This document shows positions 23,776-33,956 of a stretch of 62,260 nucleotides of DNA, piece by piece. The position numbers and the translations under genes were made by a program. Each line of letters opens with the position of its first letter. Position 1 is the stretch's first letter. The stretch comes from a virus. Taxonomy: Duplodnaviria; Caudoviricetes. The notes beneath the pieces were generated by a model. It had not been told where the DNA came from. It did not search any database and saw nothing but the letters and a program-made list of their open reading frames with translations. The stretch lies in the IMG/VR virus record IMGVR_UViG_3300048801_000006, positions 1 through 62,260 of that record; one strand, written 5' to 3'.

Positions 23776-25782
23776 ATGACGACCATCCCGGCCTCAATCT
23801 ACATCGCGGTCACTCCGAGCGTCCTCGGCGCGGGCGGTTCAGAACTGGACGCCAACGGCGTCGTCCTGACGACCAGCAACCGCGTCCCGCTCGGCGCGGT
23901 CTACTCATTCGCGACCGCCGCGTCTGTCGCCGCCTTCTTCGGAGCGGCCTCCGTCGAGGCGCGCATCGCGGGCGGCGCGAGCGGTCTCGGCTCCGGCTAC
24001 TTCGGCGGCTACGCCGGCTCGGACGTCCTGCCGGGCGCGCTCCTGTTCGCGCAGTTCGCTCCGAACTCGAGCCCCGGCTACCTGTGGGGCGGCAACGCTG
24101 GCGCGGCCCTGACGCTCGCTCAGTTGCAGGCGCTGACCGGCTCCTTGAACGTCACCATCGACGGCGTTGCGCACAACGCAGCCTCGATCAACCTGTCCGC
24201 GGCGGTGAGCTTCTCCAGCGCGGCCGCTCTGATCCAGACCGGCATCAACGGGGCGATCCCGTCGATCTCGACCGGCGCGGCATCGAGCATCGCCGCCTCG
24301 ACGTTCTCCGTCGCGGGCTACATCTCCGGCAACGTCCTGACCGTTACGTCCGTGACCTCCGGCACCGTGGTCAGCGGCGCGGCGATCTCAGGCACCGGCG
24401 TCTCGGCGCTGACGACCATCGGCAACCAGCTCTCCGGAATCACCGGCGGCATCGGCACCTACTCGGTCAACAACTATCAGTCGGCCGGATCGGCTGGCTC
24501 TCCCATCGCGGCCATCGGCGGCACCTACGGCACGCTGACGGTCGGCGGCGCGGTGACGGGCGTGTGGGCGGTCGGTCAGACCGTCTCCGGCGGCACGACC
24601 GCGGCAGGCACGATCATCACGCAGCTAGGCACGGGCGTGGGCGGCACCGGCACCTACTTCGTCAACCTGACGCAGACGGTAACGAGCGCGGCTCTCGCTG
24701 GCGCTGGCACCCCGGCGACAGTGGCCTACGACTCGACCTCCGGCGCGTTCGTCATCACGTCCGGCAACGTCGGCCCGGTCTCGACCATCGCCTTCGCGAC
24801 CGGCACGCTGGCGACCTCGCTCCTGCTGACCTCCGCGACCGGAGCGTTCTTGCAGCAGGGCGCGGTGGCGCAGACGCCGGCGGCCTGCCTCAACGCCGTG
24901 GTCGCGAACACGACCAATTGGGTCACGTACATGAACGCGTACGACCCTGACGCGGCGAACGGCAACTTGCAGAAGCTCGCCTTCGCCGGCTGGAAGAACG
25001 CCTACCCGAACCGGTACGCCTACATCTGCTGGGACACCGACCCGACGCCTCGGCTGTCGGTCCCGGCGATCTCCAGCCTCGGCTACCTGCTGCAGAACAA
25101 CGGCGACTCCGGCACCTGCCTGATCTCCTCGCTGAGCGACCTGAACCAAGCCGCGTTCATCACCGGCGCGGCGGCGGCAATCGACTTCGAGGAGGCGAAC
25201 GGGCGCATCACCTTCGCCTTCAAGAACCAAGTCGGCCTCGTGTCGGACGTCACGACCGCGACGGCGGCGGTCAACCTCGGCGGCAACCCGCAGCAGTCCG
25301 GCTCGGTCGGCAACGGCTACAACTATTTCGGTGCCGTCGCCGCGGCGAACCAGAACTTCCTGTGGTTCCAGCGCGGCTCCGTGACCGGCTCCTTCAAGTG
25401 GCTGGACAGCTACATCAACATGATCTGGTGGACAAACCTCCTCCAGAACACGCTCGCGAACTTCCTCGGCACCATCAAGTCGGTCCCGTTCAACACCATC
25501 GGCGCGGGCCTAATCGAGCAGGCGCTCGCCAGCCCGATCCAAGCGGCGCTGAACTTCGGCGCGGCGCAGCCGGGCACGATCTCCTCCTCGCAGATCGCCT
25601 CCGTCAACGCGGCGGCCGGTACGAACATCGCCACGACGCTTCAAGCGCAGGGCTACTATCTCCAAGTGCTCCAGCAGTCCTCGACCGTCCGCGTCAATCG
25701 CGGGCCGTGGGCGATCACGCTGTGGTATTTGGATCGCGGTGCGGTTCAATCGATCGCGCTCAACACCGTCACGGTCCAGTGA
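23776..25782 (+). CDS. tail sheath protein (DUF3383-like) with two inserted beta-domains
   Basis: TIPAS....VTPSVL.AGG, YFGGY, A.IDF...NGRITFAFK.Q.GL, NGYNYFG, WLDSYIN.IW, LWY.D.G.VQ.I. Confidence 0.92.
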   Translation: MTTIPASIYIAVTPSVLGAGGSELDANGVVLTTSNRVPLGAVYSFATAASVAAFFGAASVEARIAGGASGLGSGYFGGYAGSDVLPGALLFAQFAPNSSPGYLWGGNAGAALTLAQLQALTGSLNVTIDGVAHNAASINLSAAVSFSSAAALIQTGINGAIPSISTGAASSIAASTFSVAGYISGNVLTVTSVTSGTVVSGAAISGTGVSALTTIGNQLSGITGGIGTYSVNNYQSAGSAGSPIAAIGGTYGTLTVGGAVTGVWAVGQTVSGGTTAAGTIITQLGTGVGGTGTYFVNLTQTVTSAALAGAGTPATVAYDSTSGAFVITSGNVGPVSTIAFATGTLATSLLLTSATGAFLQQGAVAQTPAACLNAVVANTTNWVTYMNAYDPDAANGNLQKLAFAGWKNAYPNRYAYICWDTDPTPRLSVPAISSLGYLLQNNGDSGTCLISSLSDLNQAAFITGAAAAIDFEEANGRITFAFKNQVGLVSDVTTATAAVNLGGNPQQSGSVGNGYNYFGAVAAANQNFLWFQRGSVTGSFKWLDSYINMIWWTNLLQNTLANFLGTIKSVPFNTIGAGLIEQALASPIQAALNFGAAQPGTISSSQIASVNAAAGTNIATTLQAQGYYLQVLQQSSTVRVNRGPWAITLWYLDRGAVQSIALNTVTVQ

Positions 25783-25792
25783 GGAAACGAAG

Positions 25793-26224
25793 ATGGGCGC
25801 AATTACCTCTGCCGACGTAGTCCTGACCCTGTCGGTCCCGCTGGTCTTCTCGAACCCGCAGCAGATTCAGGGCTTCTCCAACGAAGAGGCCTTCGACATC
25901 CCGGCGATCAAATCGGCGGAGACGATGATGGGCGTCGATGGGGTCCTCTCCGTCGGCTTCGTCTTCGTCCCGGTGATTCAGACGATCTCCCTGCAGGCGG
26001 ACTCGCTGTCGAACGCGCTGTTCGACGCGTGGTGGGCTCAGGCGCAATCGACGCATCAGACCTACCTCGCGAACGGCCTGATCAAGCTGCCGTCGATTCA
26101 GTCGAAGTGGACGCTCGTCGGCGGCGCGCTGACCAGCTACAAGCCCGCTCCGAACGCGAAGAAGCTCCTGCAGCCGCGCTCCTACGAGATCACGTGGCAG
26201 AGCATCCTGCCCGCACCGGGCTAG
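25793..26224 (+). CDS. tail tube protein
   Basis: ITSAD, QIQGFS, MGVDG.LS.GFV, I.LQADS.S, K.LQPR; follows the sheath. Confidence 0.88.
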   Translation: MGAITSADVVLTLSVPLVFSNPQQIQGFSNEEAFDIPAIKSAETMMGVDGVLSVGFVFVPVIQTISLQADSLSNALFDAWWAQAQSTHQTYLANGLIKLPSIQSKWTLVGGALTSYKPAPNAKKLLQPRSYEITWQSILPAPG

Positions 26225-26228
26225 CATC

Positions 26229-26705
26229 ATGGCGCGCAAGACCCGGACCGTCGTGGTCCCCAAGTTTCCGGCGTGTGAGAACCGTGACGAAGGCCGGACC
26301 TACTTCATCGAGGAGTGGCCGGCCGCGAAGGCGGACAACTGGATGCAGCGGCTCGCCTTCACCTTCAACAAGGGCGGCGGCTCTCTCCCGATGGACCTCG
26401 CCGGTATGGGCTGGGAAGGCATCGCGGTCGTCGGCCTGAACACCTTCCTGCGCGGAAGCGTAGAACCCTCGATCATGATCCCGCTCGGTGATGAGCTGCT
26501 GGAATGCGTCAAGGTCATCCGGGATATGCGGCACCCGGACGTGGCCTCCGCGCTGACGCTGGATGACGACATCGAGGAAGTGGCGACCCGCTGGTGGCTC
26601 CGTGATCAGGTCGTCAGCGTGCACACAAATTTTTCTTTTCTCGACGCCCTCTCGATCCTCGTGTCTACCATCATGTCGAAGACACCGAAGGCAGCGGACT
26701 CGTAG
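26229..26705 (+). CDS. tail assembly chaperone
   Basis: RD.G..Y.I.E.PA..A..W...DIEEV.T...LR; between tube and tape measure. Confidence 0.85.
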   Translation: MARKTRTVVVPKFPACENRDEGRTYFIEEWPAAKADNWMQRLAFTFNKGGGSLPMDLAGMGWEGIAVVGLNTFLRGSVEPSIMIPLGDELLECVKVIRDMRHPDVASALTLDDDIEEVATRWWLRDQVVSVHTNFSFLDALSILVSTIMSKTPKAADS

Positions 26706-26878
26706 AATATCCGAACCTGTCCCCCCGGGTCGGGATGCTCCTGTCCATCGATAAGTCGCTGATCGGGCCGCTCTCCACCACGCTTGGGCTGGAGGACCTC
26801 TATGACCTGATTGAGGTCGTCACCATCGACGCCTACAATGACCGGGTCATCGCCAAGCGGAATCGGAACAGGGAGTAG
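26627..26878 (+). other. -1 programmed frameshift site (A AAT TTT) and extended tail chaperone frame
   Basis: X XXY YYZ heptamer AAATTTT at 26627-26633 in frame 0; the -1 frame is open to TAG 26876-26878 (…EYPNL…LGLEDLYDLIEVVTIDAYN…). Confidence 0.85.
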
Positions 26879-26881
26879 CCC

Positions 26882-28306
26882 GTGGCGGAAGTCATAGACG
26901 AGCTGATCGTCGTCCTCGGTCTGGACACCCGGAAGTTCACGGAGGGCCAGCGTGAAGCCTTAGCAGCGTTCAAAAAGACGCAGGAAGGCGCGCAGAGCTT
27001 CGGTAAGGGGATCGAGGAATCGGGCGTCAAGATGGCTGAGATGTTCGGCGTCTTGAAGAAGGGCATCCTCGGCGTGGTCGGCGGGATAGTCGGGAACGCG
27101 GGCGTTCAGTTCGTCAAGCAGGTCGGTGACATGGACGCCGCTACCGGGCGGTGGGCCAAGACCATCAACACCAGCATCCCGAACCTCTCGACGTGGGAGG
27201 GCATGATCTCGCAGATTCACGGATCGGCCGGAGCCGCCGCGTCCGCGCTGAACGCCATGCAGCAAGAGCTCAACATGTTGAGGTTCGGTGGCAAGGCAGC
27301 CAGCCCGGAGTTCAACGCGCTGATGAACAACGCCGGGATCAACCCGATGACGGATGACGCTGACCCCGCCTATCGGAAGGCGCAGGCGTGGATCGAGAAC
27401 CAGATCAAATCCGGGAGCATGGACGCTAGCAAGGCGGCTACGTGGCTGAACTTCATGCCCGGAATGAATCAGGACATGATCAACCTGATGACCGACAACT
27501 TCAAAAAGCTGGAGGAGGCGGCGAAGGCGGTCGGCCGCGCGTCGAAGGAATCGGCGGACGCCGGGGCCTCCTTGCAGAAGACCGGTTCGCTGATCGGCCA
27601 GTATTGGGACAGCGTTTCCCGTCGAGTTACGACGGCTACCAGCAGCATTTGGGACGGCATCAACAAGATCATGGAGCAGGGGCACTACGCTCCGCGCGGT
27701 AGCATGATGGACCGGATGACTCAGTGGTTGACCGGCAAGGATGAAATGGGAGACGCGAAGAAGCACCTCGCGGAGGGCCTGAGCGCCGGCAGCGGTCGCG
27801 CGAGCGCGGCGGACCGTGAGGCGTGGATCAGGCAGATGGCGGCGTCCATGAACATCGACCCGGACATCGCGGTCCGCGTAGCGAAGTCCGAAGGCTTCAA
27901 CGCCTATAGCGGAGACAACGGAACGTCGATGGGAGACTTCCAGCTCCACGTCACTCCGGGCGGCAAAGGAAAGGCTGTGGGCGATCAATTCCGCGCGGCT
28001 ACCGGGCTCGACCAGAATGACCCGAAAAACGAGCGCGCGATGGATGAGTTCGCTCTCAAGAACGCGGCGGCCAACGGCTGGGGTGACTATCACGGAGCGG
28101 CTCGCGTCGGGATCGGCCAGTGGCAGGGGATCGGCGCGCGCGGTGCCGCCTCCGCTCGCGGCATGGGTCCTCAAAGCTCCGTCAGCGTCCAGCAGAACAA
28201 CACGTTCAACATCAAGTCTACCGACCCGCAGATGGCGGCCACGGAGGTCGGCGGGCATTTGAAGCGCCAAGGAATGGTCCTCGGCGGAGACACGGGGCTC
28301 GCATAA
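26882..28306 (+). CDS. tape measure protein with C-terminal lysozyme-like domain
   Basis: VIDEL.V.LGLD..KF N-terminus; helical body; VAKSEG...GDFQLH resembles a lysozyme/SLT catalytic pattern. Confidence 0.85.
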   Translation: MAEVIDELIVVLGLDTRKFTEGQREALAAFKKTQEGAQSFGKGIEESGVKMAEMFGVLKKGILGVVGGIVGNAGVQFVKQVGDMDAATGRWAKTINTSIPNLSTWEGMISQIHGSAGAAASALNAMQQELNMLRFGGKAASPEFNALMNNAGINPMTDDADPAYRKAQAWIENQIKSGSMDASKAATWLNFMPGMNQDMINLMTDNFKKLEEAAKAVGRASKESADAGASLQKTGSLIGQYWDSVSRRVTTATSSIWDGINKIMEQGHYAPRGSMMDRMTQWLTGKDEMGDAKKHLAEGLSAGSGRASAADREAWIRQMAASMNIDPDIAVRVAKSEGFNAYSGDNGTSMGDFQLHVTPGGKGKAVGDQFRAATGLDQNDPKNERAMDEFALKNAAANGWGDYHGAARVGIGQWQGIGARGAASARGMGPQSSVSVQQNNTFNIKSTDPQMAATEVGGHLKRQGMVLGGDTGLA

Positions 28307-28933
28307 ATGGCAAACGTACCGAACCTACCGGGCGTCCCGTCGCTGTCGAGCTATACCTCGAACACGCTCTCGCTCCTGATCTCCGACGCGATCTCGATCA
28401 TCAACGCGTTCTTCGGACCGCAGTGGGGAATCTTCCTGAACGGGGCGCAGGTCATCCCGTACAACTCCGTGCTGGATTTCGACTACAAGCAGGACTGGCC
28501 GCTCTCAGACTACCCGGTCGAAGACGGCGGCTTTCAAAGCTATGACAAGGTCCAGCTCCCGTTCGACATCAAGATCAGGCTCGCGTCCGGAGGCACGGAG
28601 GCGGAGCGGCAGGCGCTCCTTGCCGCGGTTGATTTCTACGCGAACTCTCTGGAGCTGTTTGACGTCATCACCCCGGAGAAGGCCTACACGAGCTGCAACA
28701 TCACGCACTACGATTATAAGCGGTCCTCTCACAACGGCGTCGGCGTCATCGTGGTAGACCTCTGGTTCATCGAGGTCCGCGTGACGGCGACCTCGACCTA
28801 CACGAACACGCAGTCCCCGGGCGTAGCGGGACCGCAGAGCAGCGGTGCGGTAACTCCGGAAGCGGCTCCGCAGGCGTTCCAGCAGCGGTGGGGCGCATTC
28901 ACTTCACTGAGTGGCGTTCAGGGAGGTCACTGA
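28307..28933 (+). CDS. baseplate / distal tail (tube initiator-like) protein
   Basis: PGVPSL, QWGIF, SDYPVE.G.F.SYDKV..P, ..TPE..Y, EVRV. Confidence 0.82.
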   Translation: MANVPNLPGVPSLSSYTSNTLSLLISDAISIINAFFGPQWGIFLNGAQVIPYNSVLDFDYKQDWPLSDYPVEDGGFQSYDKVQLPFDIKIRLASGGTEAERQALLAAVDFYANSLELFDVITPEKAYTSCNITHYDYKRSSHNGVGVIVVDLWFIEVRVTATSTYTNTQSPGVAGPQSSGAVTPEAAPQAFQQRWGAFTSLSGVQGGH

Positions 28934-28934
28934 C

Positions 28935-29252
28935 ATGCAGGTCATCCCGGTCCAAGCGATCCCGAATCAAAAGTTGCAGGTCTTCCTCGTCAACCAGTCG
29001 ATCACGATCAACATCTATCAGCTCGCCTATGGCCTGTTCATGGACGTGTACGTCGGCAACAGCCTGATCGTGGCCGGGGTGATCTGTGAGAACCTGAACC
29101 GGATCATCCGTGACCTCTACCTCGGGTTCGTCGGCGACTTCGTGTTCATCGACGGCAACGGGACTGACACTGACCCGGTCTACACAGGCCTCGGCGCTCA
29201 GTATCAGCTCCTGTACCTCGAAACGACGGACCTCCCGGCGGGGAGCGGCTAA
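28935..29252 (+). CDS. baseplate plug-like protein
   Basis: IP.QAIPNQ, GV.C.N, YLGF.GD..F.D..G...DP.Y.GLG..Y.L.Y. Confidence 0.8.
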   Translation: MQVIPVQAIPNQKLQVFLVNQSITINIYQLAYGLFMDVYVGNSLIVAGVICENLNRIIRDLYLGFVGDFVFIDGNGTDTDPVYTGLGAQYQLLYLETTDLPAGSG

Positions 29253-30268
29253 TGGCTGATCTGATCAAGGTCCCGGTCACGGGCGGGCAGACCGATAGCC
29301 CTATCCTGCAAGCTCCGGCGACGTCATTCCAGTCGCAGGCCAGCTTCATCCAGCGTTTCATGGAGGTCACGATTGCGCTCGACCCGAACGCGGGCTCTGG
29401 TCAGCCCAATGAGTTCACCGGGTCCGGGTCGAATAACATCACGCTCTCCGGCTTCCGGATGTCCGCGCACATCGAATGGAACGGGTCTCCGTCCGCCGCT
29501 ACCGCATCACTCCGAATCTACGGCTTGACGCCGAGCACCATGAACCAGCTCTCCGTGCTGGGAATCGTCTTCAACTCGACGCAGAAAAACACGATCACGA
29601 TCTCGGCCGGCAACGCGCAGGGGATGACGCCGATCTTCGGCGGTACGATCCAGACCGCGATGGCAAACTACAACGCCGCGCCGAACGTCCCGTTCATGAT
29701 CGAAGCCAAGACCGGCTACTTCAATCAGGTCGTCCCGGTGGCTGCGTCCAGCTTCCCGGGCTCGACGGACGTAGCGACCATCATGCAGGGCTTCGCCTCA
29801 CAGATGCAGCTGCTGTTCGAGAACAACGGCATCAGCAAGCAGATTCCGCCCTCCTACTTTTCCGGGACGCTTTGGGATCAGGTCCAGAAGTGCGCCAAGG
29901 CAGCGCAGATCAAAGCGGAGAGGGTGGACGCCGGCAGCAAGCTCGCGATCTATCCGATCGGTGGCTCCCGGACTTCTCAGCAGGGCAGCGGGCCGATCCC
30001 TCTGGTCTCCGCCGCTACCGGGATGATCGGCTACCCGACCTTCGCGGCGAACTCCTACATGACGGTCAAGACGATCTTCAATCCGCAGATTTATCAGGGC
30101 TGCAACATTCAGGTGCAAAGCTCCGGGCTCCCGCAGGCCAACGCGACTTGGACGGTCCAGAAGGTTGACCTCGATCTCGAATCGCTCACCCCGAAGGGGA
30201 AGTGGGAGATGACCCTCATGTGCTACAAGAAGGGCTTCGCGGCTCCGCCACCGACAGGGTCACACTGA
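29252..30268 (+). CDS. baseplate hub protein
   Basis: L.IYGL....MNQLS, I.I.AG, IF.G.I, FENNG, TGMIGYP, L.S.TP.G.W. Confidence 0.82.
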   Translation: MADLIKVPVTGGQTDSPILQAPATSFQSQASFIQRFMEVTIALDPNAGSGQPNEFTGSGSNNITLSGFRMSAHIEWNGSPSAATASLRIYGLTPSTMNQLSVLGIVFNSTQKNTITISAGNAQGMTPIFGGTIQTAMANYNAAPNVPFMIEAKTGYFNQVVPVAASSFPGSTDVATIMQGFASQMQLLFENNGISKQIPPSYFSGTLWDQVQKCAKAAQIKAERVDAGSKLAIYPIGGSRTSQQGSGPIPLVSAATGMIGYPTFAANSYMTVKTIFNPQIYQGCNIQVQSSGLPQANATWTVQKVDLDLESLTPKGKWEMTLMCYKKGFAAPPPTGSH

Positions 30269-30269
30269 C

Positions 30270-31016
30270 ATGGCCTATGGATACGCCGATCCCGGAGCCT
30301 TCGACACGGAGCTAAACGCGATCTCCTTCATCGTCACCCGCATGATGGCGAAGATGGATACCATGAAGCCCGTCAAGGTGAAGACGGTTCACGGCGGAGG
30401 CGTAGCGGCGGCAGGGACCGTGGACGTGATCCCGCTCGTCAGTCAGGTGGACGGAAACGGCTACGGGACACCCCACGGCATAGTCTACGGCATCCCGTGG
30501 TCTCGAGTTCAGGGCGGCAAGGCCGCGATCATCTGCGACCCGGTCGCCGGGGACATCGGTTACGTCATTGCGGCGGATCGTGACACTTCCGTTGTCCGGG
30601 CTACGGGCGCGGCCGGGCTCCCCGGCTCCGGGCGCACCTTTGACATCTCTGACGGAATCTACGCCGGGGCCTGCTTCAATCAGGCCGCGCCGACCACCTA
30701 CATCCAGTTCAAGGCGGACGGGGGCCTCAAGTTCGTCGACGGCTTCGGAAACGTGATAGAAACCAGCTCGACGGGAATCGCCATCACCCCGGGCTCCGGG
30801 CTCCCGGTAACGGTGACGGGGAACATGGTCGTGACGGGCGCACTCCAACTCGGCGGAAGCATCGTGGCTCAGAACGGAACCACCTACACCGGCAACATCG
30901 TTACAAGCGGCAACGTATCGGCCGGCAACGTCATCGCGAATCCGGGCGCGTCTCAGGTCACGCTGCTCTCTCACATCCACTCCGCGCTCAACGCAGCGCC
31001 GGTACCGGGGCATTAA
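30270..31016 (+). CDS. baseplate spike (gp138/gpV-like)
   Basis: VDV.PLV.Q.DG, R.QGG..AII.DP..GDIG....ADRD.S, C-terminal HIH metal-binding tip. Confidence 0.87.
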   Translation: MAYGYADPGAFDTELNAISFIVTRMMAKMDTMKPVKVKTVHGGGVAAAGTVDVIPLVSQVDGNGYGTPHGIVYGIPWSRVQGGKAAIICDPVAGDIGYVIAADRDTSVVRATGAAGLPGSGRTFDISDGIYAGACFNQAAPTTYIQFKADGGLKFVDGFGNVIETSSTGIAITPGSGLPVTVTGNMVVTGALQLGGSIVAQNGTTYTGNIVTSGNVSAGNVIANPGASQVTLLSHIHSALNAAPVPGH

Positions 31017-31019
31017 GCG

Positions 31020-31406
31020 ATGGCATCGACGCTCCTCCTTGATCAGCAGAGCTGGGACCTCGTTCTTAACGCGGCGGGGAACATCGCCGTCGCGGCCGAG
31101 CCCTACTCCTTGGCGCAGGACGCCGCGAGCGCGATCAAGACCTTCATCGGGGAGTGCTATTGGGATACCACCATCGGTATCCCGTACCTCACTCAGGTCT
31201 TCACCGGAAACCCGCCGTCGGTCTCCCTTCTCAAGCAGCTGTTCGTCGAGGCGGCGCTGACCGTCCCTGACGTGGCGGCTGCGGCGGTCTTCCTGATCGA
31301 GGCGGGCGGGCGCGCGCTCTCCGGTCAGGTCCAAGTCAAATCCGCATCGACGGGGACCGTTAGTGCGGCTACCTTCACGACGAGCAACCCGCAGGGGATA
31401 GGCTGA
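31020..31406 (+). CDS. baseplate wedge (gp25-like)
   Basis: LLLD...WDL.L...GNIA.A..PYS.AQD.ASAI.TF.GEC..DT..GIPY. Confidence 0.82.
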   Translation: MASTLLLDQQSWDLVLNAAGNIAVAAEPYSLAQDAASAIKTFIGECYWDTTIGIPYLTQVFTGNPPSVSLLKQLFVEAALTVPDVAAAAVFLIEAGGRALSGQVQVKSASTGTVSAATFTTSNPQGIG

Positions 31407-33271
31407 TGGCCGCCGGAACGACGAACGTCCCCTCGATCCAGTTCACCAGCGTCGGCTTCGTCGCGCCCTCCGGGCCTGCCGTGCTGGCCGGCGTCCAGCT
31501 CGACATCTCCGGGGCGTTCGGCAACGCGCTGAACTATGGCCTGACCACCCCGCAGGGACAGCTCGCGCAGTCTTGGGGCGCGATGATCGCGAACGCGAAC
31601 GCGACCTTCGTCTACTTCGCTCAGCAGATTGATCCGGCCTACGCCTCCGGACGCTTTCAGGACGCCATCGGCCGCATCTACTACATGACGCGGAACGCGG
31701 CGCAGCCGACCGCTCTCCAGATCACCTGCAACGGCGCGCAGGGCGTGGTGATCGCCATCGGGACCCTGATCCAAGACCCGGCTGGAAACCTCTATCAGTG
31801 CACGCAGGCCGGAACGATACCGGCTGGCGGCTCGATCACGCTGGCGTTCGCCGCGACCATTCCGGGCCCGACCGCGGTGCCGGCCACGGTCACGATCTAT
31901 CAGGCGCTGCCCGGCTGGGACTCGGCCTCCGTGACCTCCGGAGCGGTCGGAACGAACGTCGAAAGCCGCGCAGCCTTCGAGTCCCGCCGTCAGTCCTCCG
32001 TCGCCAGCAACAGCTTCGGAGCCATCGGCTCGATCATCGGGGCGGTCGCCGCGGTGCCGGGCGTCCTCGACTATTACGGCTACAGCAACAACACGGCCTC
32101 GCCCTTCATCATTAACGGCGTGACCATCCCGGCCTATTCGGTCTACGTCTGCGTGGCTGGTGGCGTCTCGACCGCCGTGGCGGCCGCGATCCTGTCGAAG
32201 AAAAGCCCGGGCGCGCCGATGTACGGCAACACCGCCGTGACGGTCTATGACACCAACCCGCTTTATTCCTCGCCGATCCCCTACGTGATCACCTATCAAA
32301 TCCCGACCGCCCTGCAGGTCCTGTTCAAGGTCACGCTGGTCAACTCCACGGCTGTTCCGAGCAGCGCCGCCACGCAGGTAGCGAGCGCGCTCGTGGCGGC
32401 GTTCGCCGGCGGTACCCTCACGGCCAGCTTCACCGGCTCGGTCTCCGGCACGACGCTGACGGTCTCGGCGGTGGCTTCCGGCACCATCGCCGTTGGTCAG
32501 GTCATCTCCGACCTGACGGGCAGCCTTCTCGCGAACACGATCATCACGGCGCTGGGGACCGGCACGGGCGGCATCGGGACCTACTCCGTCAGCATCAGCC
32601 AGAACGTCATCAGCGAGTCGATGACGTCAGCGACGACCTCGAACGTCGCGACCCCGCGCGCGCGGATCAACTCGCTGCTCTACGCGAACACCTACGTCCC
32701 GGCGATCTCCGCTCTCGGCTCATGGGCGCAGGTCGCGGCTATCTCCATCGGCTCCGCCAACCAGACGGACGCGGTCTGCCTCGGCAAGATCGTCGGCACG
32801 CTGCTGACGGTCCCGACCGGCGGCGTCGTCTCCGGCACCATAGCGGTCGGTGACTACATCACGGACGCCTACGGCCGGATCATCAACGGCACCTACGTCG
32901 TCTCGTTCGGCACCGGCACCGGCGGCGTCGGCACGTACAACGTCAACAACACGCAGACCGTCTCCGGCGCGAGCTTCACGGGCGCAGGCTCCGGAACGAA
33001 CCTGACGGCCTCCGCCGTGACCGGCACCATCGGGATCGGTGACACGGTCGCCGGCACCGGCATCGGCGCGGGCGTGACCATCCTCAGTCAGACCTCCGGC
33101 ACGGCCGGCGGCGCGGGCGTCTACGTCACGTCCGCCACGACGACCGCCAGCGGCACGATCACGGCGAACGAGACGATCTCCTTCGCGCAGGCCAACCACA
33201 CCAACGTGCAGGTCAACGCCAACCAGATCCCGCAGCTCAGCGCGGCGAACATCGTAGTGGTGACGACGTGA
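31406..33271 (+). CDS. baseplate J-like protein with three inserted beta-domains
   Basis: [45 protein letters not shown]....GNT. Confidence 0.9.
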   Translation: MAAGTTNVPSIQFTSVGFVAPSGPAVLAGVQLDISGAFGNALNYGLTTPQGQLAQSWGAMIANANATFVYFAQQIDPAYASGRFQDAIGRIYYMTRNAAQPTALQITCNGAQGVVIAIGTLIQDPAGNLYQCTQAGTIPAGGSITLAFAATIPGPTAVPATVTIYQALPGWDSASVTSGAVGTNVESRAAFESRRQSSVASNSFGAIGSIIGAVAAVPGVLDYYGYSNNTASPFIINGVTIPAYSVYVCVAGGVSTAVAAAILSKKSPGAPMYGNTAVTVYDTNPLYSSPIPYVITYQIPTALQVLFKVTLVNSTAVPSSAATQVASALVAAFAGGTLTASFTGSVSGTTLTVSAVASGTIAVGQVISDLTGSLLANTIITALGTGTGGIGTYSVSISQNVISESMTSATTSNVATPRARINSLLYANTYVPAISALGSWAQVAAISIGSANQTDAVCLGKIVGTLLTVPTGGVVSGTIAVGDYITDAYGRIINGTYVVSFGTGTGGVGTYNVNNTQTVSGASFTGAGSGTNLTASAVTGTIGIGDTVAGTGIGAGVTILSQTSGTAGGAGVYVTSATTTASGTITANETISFAQANHTNVQVNANQIPQLSAANIVVVTT

Positions 33272-33939
33272 CGGTCGCGCAGGTCCCATATCCGCGCTAC
33301 GCGGCCGGAGCTTCTCCGGGGCAGAACAGCATCGGTCAGTTTCAGATCGGCATCTCGCCCATCGGGACGATCTCGCCGTTCGACCCGTTCTCCACGATTA
33401 TGTCTCAGTACGCCGACTCGCCGATCCTGCTCGGTCTGATCACGTCCTTCAACGCGGCCATGGATCAGACGCAAAACATCGAGACGCTCTACGACATGCT
33501 TTGGAACATCGCCTCCGCGACCGGCTACGGGCTGGACGTGTGGGGGCGAATCGTCGGCGTCAGCCGCGCGCTCTCCTTCCCCGGAGGCACGCCATACCTC
33601 GGCTTCAACGAGCCCGGCGGCTGGACCGGCTTCGGGCAGGGCATCCTGTTCTCCGGCGGCGGCACGACGACGAACTACAACCTGTCGGACTCGGACTATC
33701 GCCGGCTGATCATGGCGAAGGCGGCTGGCAACATATCGAGCGGCTCGATCCCGGCGATCAACGCGATCCTGCTGGCGCTTTTCCCGCTGCGCGGCAACTG
33801 CTACGTCGTGGACGGTCTCAACATGAGCCTGACCTACACCTTTCAGTTTCCGCTCTCGATCATCGAGCAGGCGATCATCGTGCAGACCGGCGTCTTGCCC
33901 AATCCGTGCGGCGTGGTAATTAATATCTCTCAGCTCTGA
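33268..33939 (+). CDS. baseplate protein (DUF2612-like)
   Basis: [42 protein letters not shown]. Confidence 0.88.
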   Translation: MTVAQVPYPRYAAGASPGQNSIGQFQIGISPIGTISPFDPFSTIMSQYADSPILLGLITSFNAAMDQTQNIETLYDMLWNIASATGYGLDVWGRIVGVSRALSFPGGTPYLGFNEPGGWTGFGQGILFSGGGTTTNYNLSDSDYRRLIMAKAAGNISSGSIPAINAILLALFPLRGNCYVVDGLNMSLTYTFQFPLSIIEQAIIVQTGVLPNPCGVVINISQL

Positions 33940-33956
33940 TCGCAGGGAATCGAAAC

